DNA of 34,194 nucleotides from positions 1 through 34,194 of the IMG/VR virus record IMGVR_UViG_3300012665_000077; one strand, written 5' to 3'. The notes below the pieces were generated by a model, which saw only the letters and a program-made list of their open reading frames with translations, ran no database searches and was not told the origin of the DNA. Positions 9,819 to 17,102 of this stretch are shown one piece after another; within the stretch, counting starts at the first letter, position 1, and each line of letters starts with the position of its first letter. The translations under genes were made by a program, and so were the position numbers. This DNA is from a virus (taxonomy: Duplodnaviria; Caudoviricetes).

Positions 9819-9973
9819 TTCTTAGCCTTCGGCTTCTTGGCTGTCTTGGCAGCAGCCTTAAAGTCGGCAGCAGACGGTGCTGCCTTAGAGCCGACTTTGT
9901 TCATCTTCTCGCCAGAGCCAGCAGCGATGCGCTTTTGCTTGGCGTGAATATTTGCGTAGAGACCAGTTTTCAT
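9815..9973 (-). CDS. Small Lys/Ala-rich protein, 52 aa (MKTGLYANIHAKQKRIAAGSGEKM...)
   Basis: Read manually (below ORF-track cutoff); exactly fills the gap with ATGA and GTGA overlaps; GAGGA SD. Confidence 0.8.
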   Translation of the reverse strand: MKTGLYANIHAKQKRIAAGSGEKMNKVGSKAAPSAADFKAAAKTAKKPKAKK

Positions 9974-10446
9974 TCCTCGTCCTCCATCTCGTCCTCTTCC
10001 ATGTCCTCGTCCTTGGCTTCGCCAGTATTAGGACCACCAACAACCCAAGCATCACAGGTTCTGGACGCTGCGCACTTGAAGTCGAATATCTCGCAATATC
10101 CAAGGTCAGCGAGTTTGATAGTTCCCCACGGGTCAGCTTCATTTCCGATGCCGTCAGCAATGCATTGCTTGATGTCTTCTGAGACATTAAAGGCTGCGCA
10201 ATTACCGCAACGACTTTTCTTTGCGTCTTCGGTAGACACATCCCACTCGTCAGCCATGCGCTTCCAGTAAGCCTCGTTGGGAAGATTGGGGTTCTCAGGA
10301 CCGTACTTCGCAGCCGTGATCGCCTTGGCGCGGTTCTTCAGATTAAGGGTGATGTCTTGCGTTGGCGCTGGACACTCGCTGGTGTCGCTGTCAGACATCA
10401 TCTGATCCATTGCGCCTTGTAAGCTCTTGGGGTATGAGGTTGCCAC
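9970..10446 (-). CDS. Cys-rich protein with HiPIP-like motif and acidic tail, 158 aa
   Basis: CGNC...YCEIFDFKCAASRTCDAW. Confidence 0.7.
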   Translation of the reverse strand: MATSYPKSLQGAMDQMMSDSDTSECPAPTQDITLNLKNRAKAITAAKYGPENPNLPNEAYWKRMADEWDVSTEDAKKSRCGNCAAFNVSEDIKQCIADGIGNEADPWGTIKLADLGYCEIFDFKCAASRTCDAWVVGGPNTGEAKDEDMEEDEMEDEE

Positions 10447-10856
10447 TAAAAACTCCTTGAATAATTCAACATCCAGCGCGGTATGGCTGGATTATTTGGT
10501 TGAGGTTTGTTGTACTGCACGCCAAACGACTGATCATTTCCTTGGATCATTGCGTCTAAGCCCTGCGCCTTTAAGTCTCCACCGTATCTAGAACGATAAC
10601 CGCCACCAGTTAAGCCAAGTATTAAGCGTTGCTCTTCGGTAAGAGGTATTGCGCCAGATATTCTTCCACCGCCAGCAAAGCCGTCTGGTATTGCAACCAT
10701 ATTGCCATTAAGCTGCACGCTTCCCCTATCTTCGCCATACTTTTGATAAGCCATGCGCTCATAGTCGTTAGCGCGAAGACGCGCTTCGTTTTGCATTCTT
10801 TTGACAGACTCGGGGTCAGACAGCAACCCTAAGAACTGCTGGAACTGATAGTCCAT
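10446..10856 (-). CDS. Hypothetical beta-rich protein ending in ...NYSRSF, 136 aa
   Basis: ORF track; 1-nt overlaps with both neighbours. Confidence 0.7.
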   Translation of the reverse strand: MDYQFQQFLGLLSDPESVKRMQNEARLRANDYERMAYQKYGEDRGSVQLNGNMVAIPDGFAGGGRISGAIPLTEEQRLILGLTGGGYRSRYGGDLKAQGLDAMIQGNDQSFGVQYNKPQPNNPAIPRWMLNYSRSF

Positions 10857-11023
10857 TACTTGCCCTTCTTCATTGGCTTTGACTTGCCAGACTCGCTCAT
10901 AGCAATAGCCATCGCTTGCTTAGGGTTCTTGACCTTGCCACCGCTACTGCTCTTTAACTTGCCCGACTTGTACTCGCCCATTACCTTGCTGATCTTGCTT
11001 GCTGCCTTGTCGTAATTCATCAT
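10856..11023 (-). CDS. Small basic protein (DUF6496-like), ~55 aa
   Basis: KISKVMGEYKSGKLKSSSG.KVKNPKQAMAIAMSE; AAGGAG SD places the start at 11023 rather than 11062. Confidence 0.75.
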   Translation of the reverse strand: MMNYDKAASKISKVMGEYKSGKLKSSSGGKVKNPKQAMAIAMSESGKSKPMKKGK

Positions 11024-11054
11024 GTCAGTTACTCCTTGAATTGGGATAGACGAA

Positions 11055-12554
11055 TTATGCAACCCTTGACAGGTTTCTTTTCAACGGTTGAGACCACTTC
11101 TGACTCGTATTCGCACCAAACATCGAGACGGCAGCGTCAGACGCAAATGTCAACACAAAGCTGTCTGCCTTGTCGGGGGACTTCAAGCCACGCTTTCTGA
11201 TGTCGTCCTTGCCCTCGACCTGCATCTTTCCTGAGCTGCTAAAGAAGTATCTCACCGTCGCCAGTTCAGCCACCAGCTCCTCGTCATTGGGAATGCGACA
11301 GTCACGCGCCTCAAACCACGCCTTTGCCTTGTACCAAAGCTCTGCACGCAAGTTTCTGTAAGTCGTACCCATCGCGGGGGACTCTGAGACATTGATGCCA
11401 CGGGCTGGCAACCCAAGTTCTCTAAGACGGTCTACTACGCCAGCACCAAGACCGATGCTGTCGACCATGATCTCGTGTGGTCTCTGGCTTGGCGCTAACG
11501 CTTCCCACTCTGCGACGACAGCGCCAGTGAGCTGCATCAAGTCGAGGTTTTTCCAAATCTTCGTGGGTTCGATCAATGCGTTGCCTTGTCTCTTTGAGAG
11601 TGCAGAGCGATCACCACCAAAGCGTGCGACATCCAAGCCCCAGATCAGTTTTGCGTGCTGGCTTGTCTCGACATCGCGGTGTTTTGCCAGCTCCAGCAAC
11701 TCCATCGGGATGATCGTGTCGTCGTCTGACCTTGGAAACTCACCCAGTACCCTTATTCGGTAGGCATTCGACTCTTCCCCGTACCGCGCCTTCATCTCTT
11801 CGACATAGGCATCGCTGACCCTTGGAGAGTCAACGCAAGAGACTTTCATCGTCACCCAATCGTTCGCCAGTCGGTTCTGGGTGTCGTAGAAGAATCCGCT
11901 AGAGCGTACTGGATTGCCCAGCAGTAGGGTCACGGCATTGTGTCCAGACATCGAGCCAGCAGCAGCCTCAAAGACAGCCTCTGGGATACCCGATGCCTCG
12001 TCAGCCACCAGCATCACATTCTCGCTGTGGACACCTTGTAGGGCTTCGGGCTGCTCTGCCCTTGAGGTTCTTGCGGACACAAAAGCCTCTGTCGCTGCTT
12101 CCTTGACCTCGATCCTGTCCTGCTTGACCTCCAACATATCCCTCAAGGTCTCAGGCAGTTCCTTCACCCAGCGCTTTAGTTCCGCAAAGAGTGCGTCGTA
12201 TAGCTGGCTGGATGTGGGTGCGGTGACGACCACCTTGACTGGATACCGCAAGAGCAGATACCAGATGATCGCCCAGCTCGCTGCTGTGGACTTGCCTACG
12301 CCATGACCTGATCTGACCGATATGCGTCGGTTGCCCTTTGCGATGTGCGTGAGGAAGGTCTCTTGCCAAGTGTCGGGGTTCGCCTTTAAGACTTCCTTGA
12401 CGAAGAGCACGGGGTTGTTTTTGTAGCGGATGGTGAACGCAACAAAGGGATTCTTGGAGAGTTCGTCTTCCCTCTTGTCTTGGATGCGGTCTATCTTTGC
12501 CACCACATCGGGGTGTAGTTTCTTTTTTACTGGTGCAGTTGATTCTGTCGTCAT
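11055..12554 (-). CDS. terL: Terminase large subunit, 499 aa
   Basis: Walker A SGHGVGKS, Walker B VADEASG, LLGNP, and nuclease motifs GLDVARFGGD, VDSIGLGAGV.D and SPDKAD. Confidence 0.93.
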   Translation of the reverse strand: MTTESTAPVKKKLHPDVVAKIDRIQDKREDELSKNPFVAFTIRYKNNPVLFVKEVLKANPDTWQETFLTHIAKGNRRISVRSGHGVGKSTAASWAIIWYLLLRYPVKVVVTAPTSSQLYDALFAELKRWVKELPETLRDMLEVKQDRIEVKEAATEAFVSARTSRAEQPEALQGVHSENVMLVADEASGIPEAVFEAAAGSMSGHNAVTLLLGNPVRSSGFFYDTQNRLANDWVTMKVSCVDSPRVSDAYVEEMKARYGEESNAYRIRVLGEFPRSDDDTIIPMELLELAKHRDVETSQHAKLIWGLDVARFGGDRSALSKRQGNALIEPTKIWKNLDLMQLTGAVVAEWEALAPSQRPHEIMVDSIGLGAGVVDRLRELGLPARGINVSESPAMGTTYRNLRAELWYKAKAWFEARDCRIPNDEELVAELATVRYFFSSSGKMQVEGKDDIRKRGLKSPDKADSFVLTFASDAAVSMFGANTSQKWSQPLKRNLSRVA

Positions 12555-12787
12555 GTCGGGATTGTGCCTTGATTTTTTTTATTTTTTTGTGGGAGTGTGC
12601 GTTGTGAGTAGGGGGGTGTGTGGGGGGTGTGGGTTCGGTATCTGTCGGGGTGCAGTTTCAGCGCCACCCGTCGCGCAGATCGAAGGGGGGGTAAACCCGA
12701 ATCAGTCAGGAAGAATCGGTTAGTGAGTGACCACTCTCCTAGCAGAGCGCATGAAACCTACACATTTGCATATCGTCGTATTTGTCT

Positions 12788-12815
12788 GCTTTACACTATG
12801 TTCATTATGTAAAGT
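12788..12815. other. dif-like (XerC/XerD) 28-bp site GCTTTACACTA-TGTTCA-TTATGTAAAGT
   Basis: 11-6-11 architecture with inverted arms; right arm matches the E. coli XerD arm TTATGTTAAAT at 9/11; intergenic. Confidence 0.55.
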
Positions 12816-12825
12816 TATTTTGCTG

Positions 12826-12922
12826 TTATCCACAGGTTTGTAAGCGTTTTTGTGCATAACTTCGCCAGTTTCCACGCAACTGTGGACAACTAGGACAACT
12901 TGGCGCTGTTTTCTGTGGATAT
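12826..12922. promoter_or_regulatory. Cluster of four DnaA-box-like 9-mers
   Basis: TTATCCACA at 12826-12834 (perfect); TGTGCATAA at 12851, TGTGGACAA at 12881 and TGTGGATAT at 12914 (reverse orientation, 1 mismatch each). Confidence 0.6.
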
Positions 12923-13330
12923 GTCCTCAACCACCTCAATGCGTCGCAATGCGTCGAGCCTCATGCCAGACAGGTTCACTTGCACGCTAGGCATCTTGTT
13001 TTGAGCGTATGAGGCTGGATTCCAGCGCTCTGCCACCCATTGCCTCGTCTGGACGCGCAGACGCGCCTTGTTGACCTCCTCAATGTCTGTATCGTCTGCG
13101 ATCTCAATCATCTGACCTACGATATGATCGGCTGCTCGCGCACGCACGCGAGACAAGAAGCCTTCTTGCGCTGGTGAGTCCATCCATTCGGTCAGCGCCT
13201 TCTTGCTGACACCGAGCGCCACACATATCCTCGTCTCGCTCATTCCCGCCTCAAACATATTGGTGATCTGCTCAATCGGCAGCGTGTTGAGCAACGCAAT
13301 GTCGTGAACCTTCTTTTTATTTCCAGCCAT
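12890..13330 (-). CDS. terS: Terminase small subunit, 146 aa
   Basis: N-terminal HTH, then RARAAD...IEIAD...ARLRVQTRQWVAERWNP..Y motif; upstream of terL. Confidence 0.8.
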   Translation of the reverse strand: MAGNKKKVHDIALLNTLPIEQITNMFEAGMSETRICVALGVSKKALTEWMDSPAQEGFLSRVRARAADHIVGQMIEIADDTDIEEVNKARLRVQTRQWVAERWNPASYAQNKMPSVQVNLSGMRLDALRRIEVVEDISTENSAKLS

Positions 13331-14020
13331 TCAAATCTCCTCCAAAGCCCTGTTAGCCGTATTTTTAACCATCTTGCTGGTATCGAACACCTTTGGCAAC
13401 GACGAAGCCTCCAGCTCGTCCGACTTGACATCATCAAAGCCTGTCGCACCGCCAAGTGGAAACTCCTTCGCATCCTTGTCCAACCTGACCATCGAAGCAC
13501 AAGGCATCAGCGCCTTAATCTTCATGGTCTCCTTGATGACTGGCGAGTCCATGATCAACTCCAGCTCTTCCATCGTCCAGATGTGACGATTCTGGACATC
13601 GGGTCTGAACTGCTGGTACAGCGTCGCGTCGTGATGTGTACCCACGACCACCATCACCGACCCGTCTTGCATCTCATGCTCAACTGCAACTATCGCTGGC
13701 ATCTCAGGCACACCGTTCTCGACCGCCCAAGTCTCCAGCGCTGCATAAGCCTTGACCATCCCACCGACAGCTCGATCTAGTTTCACCTCATCTCTGGACA
13801 CCGAAGCCTCAAAGACTCGTTCAGCCTGTCGCCACACCTTGATCCGAAACTCTGAGTCCACCAACTCGATCAAGCGATTGATGCCCCAACGCTTTTCGTG
13901 CTCACGCTTGACCACAGACAGCTCAATCAACCTCGAATTCATAAATACCTCAAAAGTATTCATAGGGAAATCTGGCTGTTTTAGACCACCAACAACTTTC
14001 TTCAAACTCTTCTTAACCAT
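13331..14020 (-). CDS. Conserved hypothetical protein downstream of primase-helicase, ~229 aa
   Basis: ORF track (EKRWGINRL.ELV motif); a GGAG SD favours the ATG at 14020 over 14032. Confidence 0.7.
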   Translation of the reverse strand: MVKKSLKKVVGGLKQPDFPMNTFEVFMNSRLIELSVVKREHEKRWGINRLIELVDSEFRIKVWRQAERVFEASVSRDEVKLDRAVGGMVKAYAALETWAVENGVPEMPAIVAVEHEMQDGSVMVVVGTHHDATLYQQFRPDVQNRHIWTMEELELIMDSPVIKETMKIKALMPCASMVRLDKDAKEFPLGGATGFDDVKSDELEASSLPKVFDTSKMVKNTANRALEEI

Positions 14021-14049
14021 AGACAACTCCATTTTTTAAAAATAACCAA

Positions 14050-14182
14050 ATCGGACGCATTGCCACAATGGACAGGTGGTGTGTATTACATACACACACA
14101 CCCCATCTGTCCATCGTTTTGGCATAGACAAATGGATTTTTGGTTGTCCATCCATTTGTCCTTGATATGTCCATTTGTCCAC
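14050..14182. repeat. Iteron-like CCATYTGTCC repeats with an inverted repeat; candidate replication origin
   Basis: TCCATTTGTC at 14151 and 14170, inverted GACAAATGGA at 14127, CCATCTGTCC at 14103; ATGGACAG...CTGTCCAT inverted repeat at 14068-14114; immediately after the primase-helicase stop. Confidence 0.6.
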
Positions 14183-14184
14183 AC

Positions 14185-16236
14185 TCATTTCTTGATCTGC
14201 ACAACCACCGAATTAGATGATTTTGCGCCATCATCGTCCGCATATACCGCCCAGCACAATTCACCATAAATGATTACTTTTTGTAAATCAGCAAGATCGG
14301 CTTTGACGCGATACCAAGCCTTATTTAGCGTTGCTGGCATGACATCGCTGCCCATGCGTTTCTTGAATTCGTCCCTCCATTGATCAATCTTTATGCACTT
14401 ATTGCGCATCCCATCGACCACCTGCATCTCGCCAAACTTCTTAATTGCGTCGTGCAGACAGGACAACGCAAGCCGTTGATTCAATCCAGCGCCTGTCCTA
14501 TTTGGAGGAATTGCTTGGTTAGGACGATCTGTATCCATCTCCTCATCTGGTTCAACCGCCAGACTGGATGCACCTTCAAAGTCCACGATTCCACTTGATC
14601 CAGTCGTGACCTCGACCATCTTGAACCCGATCCTCTGCCCGTCTTCCCCGTCCTTTTGCTTGCTGATGTGGAGGATTCCTTTTGGCGGTTGAGCGCCTTC
14701 TATGCGGATAATCTCCAGCTCTGTGTCTACTGCTCCGAGTAGTGAGCTGTGACCCCTGAGTCCTTTGGTTGCGTCCTTACCAGCGTGATGCACCACCAAT
14801 AAGGAGCACTCATACTTGCCTTGGATCGCGCCAGCAGCCGTAATGAATGCACCCATATCCTCACTAGCGTTCTCGTTACCACCGCCAAATGCTCTAGCCA
14901 AGGTGTCGATGATGATCAGCTCGAAGTTGATGTCGTGGATCGCCTTCAAGTCGTCAATGGCTGCCACCAAGTCTTGGAGGTCTGTCTTACTTGACCGAAG
15001 GTTGACTTGTCTGCGTAGGAAGTAAACAGGCGTGTTCTCTGGTGTCTTGTGATGCGTCTTGAGCGCCTTGATCCTTGACCCGATACCGCCATGACCTTCC
15101 CCTGCGATGTATAGGACTGCACCTTGCTTGGTTATCTCGTTGCCAAGAAAAGCTCTGCCTGTGGCGATGCACTCCGCAATGTCCAAAGCAATAAAAGACT
15201 TGAAGCTCGCTGGCGGTGCGTATAAAGCCACAAAGGACTTCTGCGGTATGACTCCTTGCACTAACCACTCAACTGGTTCGTCCTCGATGCTGTCCCACGC
15301 TTCGAGCTTGAATCCTTCGCGTTGTAGCGGTACTTGTGGCAGCTCCAGCTCTTCTGTAACTGGTGTCTCAACAACGCCAATCAATCTTGCAGGAGTCGTT
15401 ACATCCAGTTCACTTATAACTGCTTGCGTTGCCTTTGTCAGGTCAACCAGCCTGTCCTTGTCCCCGTGATACTTGTAAACAAACTCGAATGCGTCTTCTT
15501 TGATCTCTTCAAGTCCAAGGTCTACCACTCGGATACTTTTTGTAACCGACTTGAGAGCTGCAACTGCTTTTCTTGCGTACTCCCAGCCGACCAGATCGTT
15601 GTCAGGGACTATTGCGATGGTGAGTCCGACTAGGTGCTTGACGACATCTTCGGGGAAGTTACTTGCACCGTTGTGCGTACAGGTTGCGACGACTCCCAGA
15701 GACTTGAGAGCGTCGGCTGCCTTCTCACCTTCGCACAAGAAGACAGTTCTGCCTGTCTTCCTTGCAAAGTCCACCTCTGGCAAGTTGTACGGGACTATGT
15801 TCGCACCCGTCATACTGGCGTGCCGTCTGCCGTTCTCGTCAACCCTGTACTGCTTGTATGTCTTTCCTTTGGAGTCAAAGGTCTTGTAGCGTTGTTTTAT
15901 GTGCTGTACGACTCCATCCTCGTCTACATAGTGCCACTCCTGTTCGAGCACAGGTTCTTGAGGCTTTGGTAACGGTTTGATCTGGGTAAGGAAGTCTGTC
16001 GGGTTTGGTAAGTCTGGCAGCAGTCCATAGTCCTTGACCGCATTGAAGACCGACTCCTGAGAGCACCCACTAAAGCACTTAAACAACGGCTTGCCTTCGT
16101 CTGTCTCTGACACGCAAAGACTTGGATTCTTGTCCCCGTTACCCTGCCCGTGACTACTTACAGGACAGCTTGCCATCCATTGCCCGTTCACCTTCTTTGC
16201 GTTGCCAAGCGCTTGCGCTATTTGTTCGGCTTGCAT
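14185..16236 (-). CDS. Primase-helicase (Zn finger + TOPRIM + RepA/AAA_25-type helicase), 683 aa
   Basis: CP..H...D..PSL...C..GC zinc finger; CEGEKAAD and PDND (TOPRIM); APPASFKS (Walker A), IIIDTLAR (Walker B), VHHAGKD...RGHS. Confidence 0.9.
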   Translation of the reverse strand: MQAEQIAQALGNAKKVNGQWMASCPVSSHGQGNGDKNPSLCVSETDEGKPLFKCFSGCSQESVFNAVKDYGLLPDLPNPTDFLTQIKPLPKPQEPVLEQEWHYVDEDGVVQHIKQRYKTFDSKGKTYKQYRVDENGRRHASMTGANIVPYNLPEVDFARKTGRTVFLCEGEKAADALKSLGVVATCTHNGASNFPEDVVKHLVGLTIAIVPDNDLVGWEYARKAVAALKSVTKSIRVVDLGLEEIKEDAFEFVYKYHGDKDRLVDLTKATQAVISELDVTTPARLIGVVETPVTEELELPQVPLQREGFKLEAWDSIEDEPVEWLVQGVIPQKSFVALYAPPASFKSFIALDIAECIATGRAFLGNEITKQGAVLYIAGEGHGGIGSRIKALKTHHKTPENTPVYFLRRQVNLRSSKTDLQDLVAAIDDLKAIHDINFELIIIDTLARAFGGGNENASEDMGAFITAAGAIQGKYECSLLVVHHAGKDATKGLRGHSSLLGAVDTELEIIRIEGAQPPKGILHISKQKDGEDGQRIGFKMVEVTTGSSGIVDFEGASSLAVEPDEEMDTDRPNQAIPPNRTGAGLNQRLALSCLHDAIKKFGEMQVVDGMRNKCIKIDQWRDEFKKRMGSDVMPATLNKAWYRVKADLADLQKVIIYGELCWAVYADDDGAKSSNSVVVQIKK

Positions 16237-16251
16237 CTTTGTAGTTTCTTT

Positions 16252-16956
16252 CTAAATTTGTTTTGTTAAGACTCGCCATGCTGTGGCTGCGCAAAGGGGT
16301 GCTTGAGCGTTACCGATGCATTTAAGTCTGTCCACCCGATTGGGAATCCCATCAACCATTCGTACAGGTTCGGGTTGATTGAATGTGGAATGTGTGTCCC
16401 ATTCTTCAATGCATTCTTGTAAGCCCCAGAACCCCCGCAGTTCCCGCCTCCGCTTGGAGTCGTTGGTGTAGCCCACAATCCAGATTCTTTCGCGTTTGTG
16501 TTTTGCTCCAACATCTGCTGCTCCCAGCACTCCCCAGTTCGCATCGAACCCCATCGAGGCAAGGTCACACAATACTCTGTCGAGTCCTCGAATAGTGAGC
16601 ATTGGTGAGTTCTCAATGAATGCGTATCTGGGCTGTACTTCGCAAATGATGCGTGCCATTTCCCCCCAGAGTCCTGATCGTTCACCGTCGAGTCCTGCAC
16701 GCTTTCCTGCTGCTGATATGTCCTGACAGGGAAAACCTCCTGTGACGACTTGGACCTTTCCCCGCCAAGGTTTGCCGTCGAAGGTTGTGATGTCGTCCCA
16801 GATAGGGAATCTAGGTAAGAGTCCATCAGCTTGCCGTTGCAATAAAACTCTGCGTGGGTAATCTTCGATTTCAACGGCACACACAGTTCTCCATCCGAGC
16901 AAATGTCCTGCAAGGATTCCTCCCCCCCCCCCCGCAAATAATGCCAACTCATTCAT
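16252..16956 (-). CDS. C5-cytosine DNA methyltransferase, catalytic 'alpha' polypeptide (motifs I-VIII and X), 234 aa
   Basis: LFAGGGG, VEIE, DI, GGFPCQDIS, ENSP, HKRERIWIVG and RLKCIGNA are present; motif IX and the TRD are absent. Confidence 0.9.
   Translation of the reverse strand: MNELALFAGGGGGILAGHLLGWRTVCAVEIEDYPRRVLLQRQADGLLPRFPIWDDITTFDGKPWRGKVQVVTGGFPCQDISAAGKRAGLDGERSGLWGEMARIICEVQPRYAFIENSPMLTIRGLDRVLCDLASMGFDANWGVLGAADVGAKHKRERIWIVGYTNDSKRRRELRGFWGLQECIEEWDTHSTFNQPEPVRMVDGIPNRVDRLKCIGNAQAPLCAATAWRVLTKQI
16266..16952 (-). CDS. Nested out-of-frame 'beta' polypeptide of the C5 methyltransferase (TRD-like region + motif IX), up to 228 aa
   Basis: Open for 687 nt in the +1 frame; carries LWATPT and INPNLYEWLMGFPIGWT (motif IX-like); its ATG overlaps the upstream TGA (ATGA). 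Confidence 0.72.
   Translation of the reverse strand: MSWHYLRGGGEESLQDICSDGELCVPLKSKITHAEFYCNGKLMDSYLDSLSGTTSQPSTANLGGERSKSSQEVFPVRTYQQQESVQDSTVNDQDSGGKWHASFAKYSPDTHSLRTHQCSLFEDSTEYCVTLPRWGSMRTGECWEQQMLEQNTNAKESGLWATPTTPSGGGNCGGSGAYKNALKNGTHIPHSINPNLYEWLMGFPIGWTDLNASVTLKHPFAQPQHGES
16922..16933 (-). repeat. G12 homopolymer in the 5' end of both methyltransferase frames
   Basis: 12 consecutive C on the plus strand. Confidence 0.85.
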
Positions 16957-17050
16957 GTCTCTCCAATTCTTCTAATCTCTGCTCCAGTTCGTAGACCCGT
17001 TGAGCCAACGCAATGAGAAGCAGCATCCAAAATTCTTGTGTGTTTTCCAT
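16949..17050 (-). CDS. Small protein, 33 aa (MENTQEFWMLLLIALAQRVYELEQRLEELERHE)
   Basis: Read manually; its stop overlaps or abuts both methyltransferase starts (CATGAATGA). Confidence 0.6.
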   Translation of the reverse strand: MENTQEFWMLLLIALAQRVYELEQRLEELERHE

Positions 17051-17055
17051 AGAGG

Positions 17056-17090
17056 AAAAAAAACGGGACTGACCTTTCAGCCAGCCCCGT
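17056..17090 (-). terminator. Rho-independent terminator after the SSB-like gene
   Basis: Minus strand ACGGGGCTGGC-TGAAAG-GTCAGTCCCGT followed by a T run. Confidence 0.8.
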
Positions 17091-17102
17091 CTTCTCTAAG
17101 AG

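Noticed and set aside
9885-10241. 118-aa alternative-frame ORF on the minus strand
   Set aside because: It overlaps two better-supported genes and, unlike the methyltransferase beta frame, carries no recognisable motif.
12430-12812. Plus-strand ORFs in the terS-terL gap
   Set aside because: They are low-complexity translations of T and G tracts, opposite to the operon direction.
14013-14269. Short ORFs over the repeat region
   Set aside because: They are by-products of the iteron-like repeats and overlap real genes.
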